Shown here piece by piece: positions 58,672 through 64,000 of a stretch of 64,000 nt of DNA. Under the pieces are notes generated by a model. The model did not search any database, was not told the origin of the DNA, and was given only the letters and a program-made list of their open reading frames with translations. Location of the stretch: NCBI GenBank assembly GCA_964035575.1, contig OZ037839.1:992001-1056000 (forward strand), read 5' to 3'. The first letter of the stretch is position 1, and each line of letters opens with the position of its first letter. This DNA comes from Rhynchopus sp. YZ270_cl-10 (taxonomy: Eukaryota). The translations under genes were made by a program, and so were the position numbers.

Positions 58672-58823
58672 AGTGGTCATGAGGGCGAGACTGGGGAAAC
58701 ACAACACAAAATACTGATGAAGGTGGTGGTGAGATTTCCCCGTAACGTCCTCAACCAACCTTGCCGAAGCAAGTGGTAAGCAATAACAACAAAAGGGCAC
58801 GTAGCAATAGAGAAATGGTACGC

Positions 58824-58865
<42 letters not shown>

Positions 58866-58975
58866 TATCCATAGCGAAAAAGGGGGAGGGGGAAAAGACT
58901 TTCTTATTCGCGACATATTTTATCCTAGAGACCCCCCTGGCGTAGCAAAGCTACTTAAACAAGTTTACAGTATGG

Positions 58976-60062
58976 AAGTGAGGGAAGTGAGGGAAGTGAG
59001 GGAAGTGAGGGAAGTGAGGGAAGTGAGAGGGAAGTGAGGGAAGTGAGGGAAGTGAGAGGGAAGTGAGGGAAGTGAGGGAAGTGAGGGAAGTGAGGGAAGT
59101 GAGGGAAGTGAGGGAAGTGAGGGAAGTGAGGGAAGTGAGGGAAGTGAGGGAAGTGAGAGGGAAGTGAGGGAAGTGAGGGAAGTGAGAGGGAAGTGAGGGA
59201 AGTGAGGGAAGTGAGGGAAGTGAGAGGGAAGTGAGGGAAGTGAGGGAAGTGAGGGAAGTGAGGGAAGTGAGGGAAGTGAGGGAAGTGAGGGAAGTGAGGG
59301 AAGTGAGGGAAGTGAGGGAAGTGAGGGAAGTGAGGGAAGTGAGAGGGAAGTGAGGGAAGTGAGGGAAGTGAGGGAAGTGAGGGAAGTGAGAGGGAAGTGA
59401 GGGAAGTGAGGGAAGTGAGGGAAGTGAGGGAAGTGAGAGGGAAGTGAGGGAAGTGAGGGAAGTGAGGGAAGTGAGAGGGAAGTGAGGGAAGTGAGGGAAG
59501 TGAGGGAAGTGAGGGAAGTGAGGGAAGTGAGGGAAGTGAGGGAAGTGAGGGAAGTGAGGGAAGTGAGGGAAGTGAGGGAAGTGAGGGAAGTGAGGGAAGT
59601 GAGAGGGAAGTGAGGGAAGTGAGGGAAGTGAGGGAAGTGAGAGGGAAGTGAGGGAAGTGAGGGAAGTGAGGGAAGTGAGGGAAGTGAGAGGGAAGTGAGG
59701 GAAGTGAGGGAAGTGAGGGAAGTGAGAGGGAAGTGAGGGAAGTGAGGGAAGTGAGGGAAGTGAGGGAAGTGAGAGGGAAGTGAGGGAAGTGAGGGAAGTG
59801 AGGGAAGTGAGGGAAGTGAGGGAAGTGAGGGAAGTGAGAGGGAAGTGAGGGAAGTGAGGGAAGTGAGGGAAGTGAGGGAAGTGAGAGGGAAGTGAGGGAA
59901 GTGAGGGAAGTGAGGGAAGTGAGAGGGAAGTGAGGGAAGTGAGGGAAGTGAGGGAAGTGAGGGAAGTGAGGGAAGTGAGGGAAGTGAGGGAAGTGAGGGA
60001 AGTGAGGGAAGTGAGGGAAGTGAGGGAAGTGAGAGGGAAGTGAGGGAAGTGAGGGAAGTGAG
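58976..60062. repeat. (GGGAAGTGA)n satellite, block 2
   Basis: Direct reading. Confidence 0.99.
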
Positions 60063-60430
60063 GGGGGTCTCTTTAGGATAAAATATGGGGGGAAAGGTCT
60101 TTTTTGGTTAATAGCGCCGAAAAAACGGCAGCGAGGTATGTGGTCATGAGGGCGAGACTGGGGAAACACAACACAAAATACTGATGAAGGTGGTGGTGAG
60201 ATTTCCCCGTAACGTCCTCAACCAACCTTGCCGAAGCAAGTGGTAAGCAATAACAACAAAAGGGCACGTAGCAATAGAGAAATGGTACGCGCAAAAAAAA
60301 AAAAAAAAAAAAAAAAAATATATCCATAGCGAAAAAGGGGGAGGGGGAAAAGACTTTCTTATTCGCGACATATTTTATCCTAGAGACCCCCCTGGCGTAG
60401 CAAAGCTACTTAAACAAGTTTACAGTATGG
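60063..60430 (-). mobile_element. Solo A+B terminal repeat of the 53755-58975 element
   Basis: Matches 53755-54106 apart from poly-A length, with the same satellite junctions. Confidence 0.92.
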
Positions 60431-61675
60431 AAGTGAGGGAAGTGAGAGGGAAGTGAGGGAAGTGAGAGGGAAGTGAGGGAAGTGAGGGAAGTGAGAGGGA
60501 AGTGAGGGAAGTGAGGGAAGTGAGGGAAGTGAGAGGGAAGTGAGGGAAGTGAGGGAAGTGAGGGAAGTGAGAGGGAAGTGAGGGAAGTGAGGGAAGTGAG
60601 GGAAGTGAGAGGGAAGTGAGGGAAGTGAGGGAAGTGAGGGAAGTGAGGGAAGTGAGGGAAGTGAGGGAAGTGAGAGGGAAGTGAGGGAAGTGAGGGAAGT
60701 GAGGGAAGTGAGAGGGAAGTGAGGGAAGTGAGGGAAGTGAGGGAAGTGAGAGGGAAGTGAGGGAAGTGAGGGAAGTGAGAGGGAAGTGAGGGAAGTGAGG
60801 GAAGTGAGGGAAGTGAGAGGGAAGTGAGGGAAGTGAGGGAAGTGAGGGAAGTGAGGGAAGTGAGGGAAGTGAGGGAAGTGAGAGGGAAGTGAGGGAAGTG
60901 AGGGAAGTGAGGGAAGTGAGGGAAGTGAGGGAAGTGAGGGAAGTGAGGGAAGTGAGGGAAGTGAGGGAAGTGAGGGAAGTGAGGGAAGTGAGGGAAGTGA
61001 GGGAAGTGAGGGAAGTGAGGGAAGTGAGGGAAGTGAGGGAAGTGAGAGGGAAGTGAGGGAAGTGAGGGAAGTGAGGGAAGTGAGGGAAGTGAGGGAAGTG
61101 AGGGAAGTGAGGGAAGTGAGGGAAGTGAGGGAAGTGAGGGAAGTGAGGGAAGTGAGGGAAGTGAGGGAAGTGAGGGAAGTGAGGGAAGTGAGGGAAGTGA
61201 GGGAAGTGAGGGAAGTGAGGGAAGTGAGGGAAGTGAGGGAAGTGAGGGAAGTGAGGGAAGTGAGAGGGAAGTGAGAGGGAAGTGAGAGGGAAGTGAGGGA
61301 AGTGAGGGAAGTGAGGGAAGTGAGGGAAGTGAGGGAAGTGAGGGAAGTGAGAGGGAAGTGAGGGAAGTGAGGGAAGTGAGGGAAGTGAGGGAAGTGAGAG
61401 GGAAGTGAGGGAAGTGAGGGAAGTGAGGGAAGTGAGAGGGAAGTGAGGGAAGTGAGGGAAGTGAGAGGGAAGTGAGGGAAGTGAGGGAAGTGAGAGGGAA
61501 GTGAGGGAAGTGAGGGAAGTGAGGGAAGTGAGGGAAGTGAGGGAAGTGAGGGAAGTGAGGGAAGTGAGGGAAGTGAGGGAAGTGAGGGAAGTGAGGGAAG
61601 TGAGGGAAGTGAGGGAAGTGAGGGAAGTGAGAGGGAAGTGAGAGGGAAGTGAGAGGGAAGTGAGGGAAGTGAGGG
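60431..61675. repeat. (GGGAAGTGA)n satellite, block 3
   Basis: Direct reading. Confidence 0.99.
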
Positions 61676-62374
61676 GACGCTTGGTCAGAACGATTGCCCT
61701 AACTCACGAGCGGGTACATGCTCATTCAGTGCGGAATTTTTGTCGTGTTTTTGGTGGTCACATGCTGCAGGCCCAAGGAGATGTGGGGAATTGAGACGAG
61801 GTGACTATTCAGCCGGACGGTTCCATGAAAGTGAAAGCACACAGTAACCTTCGCGAGCAAAGTATTGGGAATACACCAAGTGCACACTGCTCCACGATTC
61901 CAAGCAGAGCACCGTGGGGAATAGAAAGTACTTGTCTGAAGAAAGCAAATGAAAGATAGGAGAAGGAAAGAAGAAGAAAGTTGTACAAGGCGGGAAGTGG
62001 GTTGTCTGGGGATGCTGTTCTGTTCTTTGCCAAGTCTTATCATGCACAGCGATGTGATCAGATATGGCGGAAAAAGGGGGGTGTTTCTATTATGATCACC
62101 CGTGGTGGTGTGGAACCACTGGGGCAGAATATTACTACGTAAAACATCTTCCACACCAAAGTGTGGATTCGTGTTATCCTCGTTCGAGAAAAGGTAATTA
62201 AGATTCTTCCCAAGTGTTCACAGGTGTATCCAAAAATGCAGTTCAATAGGTTCACCCAAGTGTCGTTCACACAAAATCACCACACCCCCCAAATCCTCCT
62301 GCTTGCGTTGCCCCCGCTTGTCCTGCCCCAAACCCCCCAAACCCCTCTGTTCATCCAGCTTGTCCTGCTCCTGT

Positions 62375-63511
62375 TTATGCTGCCCCCAACTCTCCAAATC
62401 CTCTTTTTGTTCCTCTTTTTTGTCCTCTTGTGCTTGCATCAATCCCTTCTCTCTCTTGTCCTGCTTTCAATGCAATACATTGTCTTGCACTTCCAGACAC
62501 GTCTGTTCGTACTGCCTCAAAAGCTTCTATCCGCACATCTTCGAACTGTTCCGTAATAAACCTTGCGTAAATCTCACGCATACGTTCACGTAAGGTCCGC
62601 TTGTCGTAGAGGGGTGGGTCTCCATTCGGGAGAGACAACATCTCGTTAATGTCAATGTTGCCTGGCAAGACGACTGTTGTGAATGCGTTGCAGTTGTGCA
62701 GGAAGTCGTCCTCGATCTCTGTGTCCCTGCCAAAACCTGACATGTCCAGCGTGGTCAAGGATGTGCAATCTTGCAGGAAACGTTTATCAATCCGACTAAC
62801 ATTGCTCATTCCTGAGAAGTCTGCTGTTGTCAACGCGGAGCACTCTTGCAGCCAGCCGCGCTTAATGTGCATGATGCTGCGCAACACTGATAAATCAACT
62901 GTTTGCAATGATGTGCAGTCAGAAAGAAACTCTGGCCCAATGGCTGCGACCCTGCCAAAAGCTGAAAGGTCGATACTACCCAGCGAGGTGCAGCTCCTCA
63001 GAAAGCCGCTACCTACCTTCGCAACTCTGTGCAGTGCTGGCAAGTCAATGGTTGCCAACGAGGTGCAGTTCTGGAGGAAGCCTCTCTCAATGTGTGTGAT
63101 TCTGCGCCATCCTGAGATGTCAATCCTTTCCAACGACTTGCAGTCGCAAACAAAAGCTGCACCAACCTTCGTCACACTCGTCATATGGGATAAGTCAAGC
63201 TCTGTGACGCCACTTCCTGCGAGGAACCTGTTCCCTATCACCGTCACAGTGAACCCTGACACGTCAAGGCTTGTCAACGATGTGCAGTAAGAGAGACAGC
63301 CATACCCGATGTGCGTAACGTTGCACAATCCCGACAAGTCAACAGTTTCCACCGACGTACACTCGGAGAGGAAGCCGTCCTTAATTCGTGTCACACCAGA
63401 CACAGCAGAGAGATCAAGTCTCGTAAACGATGCTCCCCACAGGAAGTAGTCCGGAATAACAGTCGCAACCTCCGCCTGAAGAAGCAGAGAAGCCACCTCA
63501 GGATCCTTCAC
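62375..63511 (-). pseudogene. 3' (LRR) half of a third Ubl-LRR paralogue, interrupted at the same site
   Basis: VKDPEVASLLLQAEVAT + LRRs; C-terminus nearly identical to 27842-29053; preceded by the 19-bp target at 63512-63530. Confidence 0.85.
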
Positions 63512-63530
63512 AGTCGCCAACCTCGCTTCG

Positions 63531-64000
63531 ATAAACGTTTTTAAAAATAGGATGGAGCACCCCGGTCCGAAAAGGAATGCAGCCACCCCTGGCTTCAGGC
63601 TCGCGAACCCAGCGTTGATGTAACACAGGGTTTCACGGGCCAAAAACCAGAAAGAAAAATGAAAAATTGAGGGTTCAACGACTGCGCCAACTGGTCTCAT
63701 GCGACGTTGAACCAACTTAAAATCTAGAATCTTGTGTCAACTTGTAAAGAAAAGCAATGAATATTAAAAGTTACCGGTTTCAGGCGTGGTGTACACGTCT
63801 GCTGCCATCTACGCTGGGATAGCAGTCCGGCTTGAACTTGGGGTCCAACAACAGTGCCAAGTGGACTTATGCGTCGCTGTGTCAACTGAAAAACAATGAA
63901 AAACAAGAATGTCGTTGAGGAAGATTGAAATGCATGAAAAAAACAAATGCATGAAAAAAACAAGAAGAACAAGGTAAATCTCTACAGAGGGTGCTGTCCT
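63531..64000 (-). mobile_element. 3' end of a second copy of the Ub/OTU LINE (runs off the window)
   Basis: Reverse complement matches 27375-27822 (ORF2 end GQHPL* and 3' UTR) with a few substitutions and indels. Confidence 0.95.

Larger units (their letters stand above)
53755..58975 (-). mobile_element. VIPER/TATE-like tyrosine-recombinase retrotransposon with split direct repeats, near intact
   Basis: A1 58673-58975, gag, YR, RT/RH, B1 54105-54211, A2 53832-54106, B2 53755-53861; no TSD, GG core at both junctions. Confidence 0.92.

Noticed and set aside
52221..61274. PSL/TSL/PHF and REV repeat ORFs (52221..53861, 58955..60169, 61053..61274)
   Set aside because: Read-through of the GGGAAGTGA satellite

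Overview
Repeat-dense eukaryotic DNA, most likely a euglenozoan (diplonemid/kinetoplastid-like) protist, inferred from the 5S rRNA sequence, gag-YR-RT/RH retroelements and an ingi/L1Tc-type 5' ribozyme. There is one 200-N gap. Host genes are sparse: a family of ubiquitin-like + BspA-type LRR genes (one intact, two interrupted), a ubiquitin-like + WD40 gene and a two-exon gene with an SLBP-like RNA-binding domain. The main discovery is at 19.5-29 kb and 62.4-64 kb. A 7.36-kb non-LTR retrotransposon (20463-27822) starts with an HDV-like ribozyme and encodes an ATG-less ubiquitin (...RLRGG), an OTU deubiquitinase, APE, RT, a Zn knuckle and an apparently catalytically dead RNase H. It sits at a fixed 19-bp site (CGAAGCGAGGTTGGCGACT) inside Ubl-LRR genes, in frame with the host reading frame. 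A 726-bp 5S-rRNA-headed partner sharing its 3' end is inserted in tandem at the same site, and a second LINE copy occupies the same site in another paralogue. A second system is a VIPER/TATE-like tyrosine-recombinase retrotransposon with split direct repeats, found twice (full and solo) at the same GG core of a (GGGAAGTGA)n satellite. The rest is a second, decayed YR retroelement, a 5'-truncated LINE with an expanded microsatellite tail, many nested TIR elements/MITEs and satellites. No searches were run; domain calls rest on motif recognition by eye.
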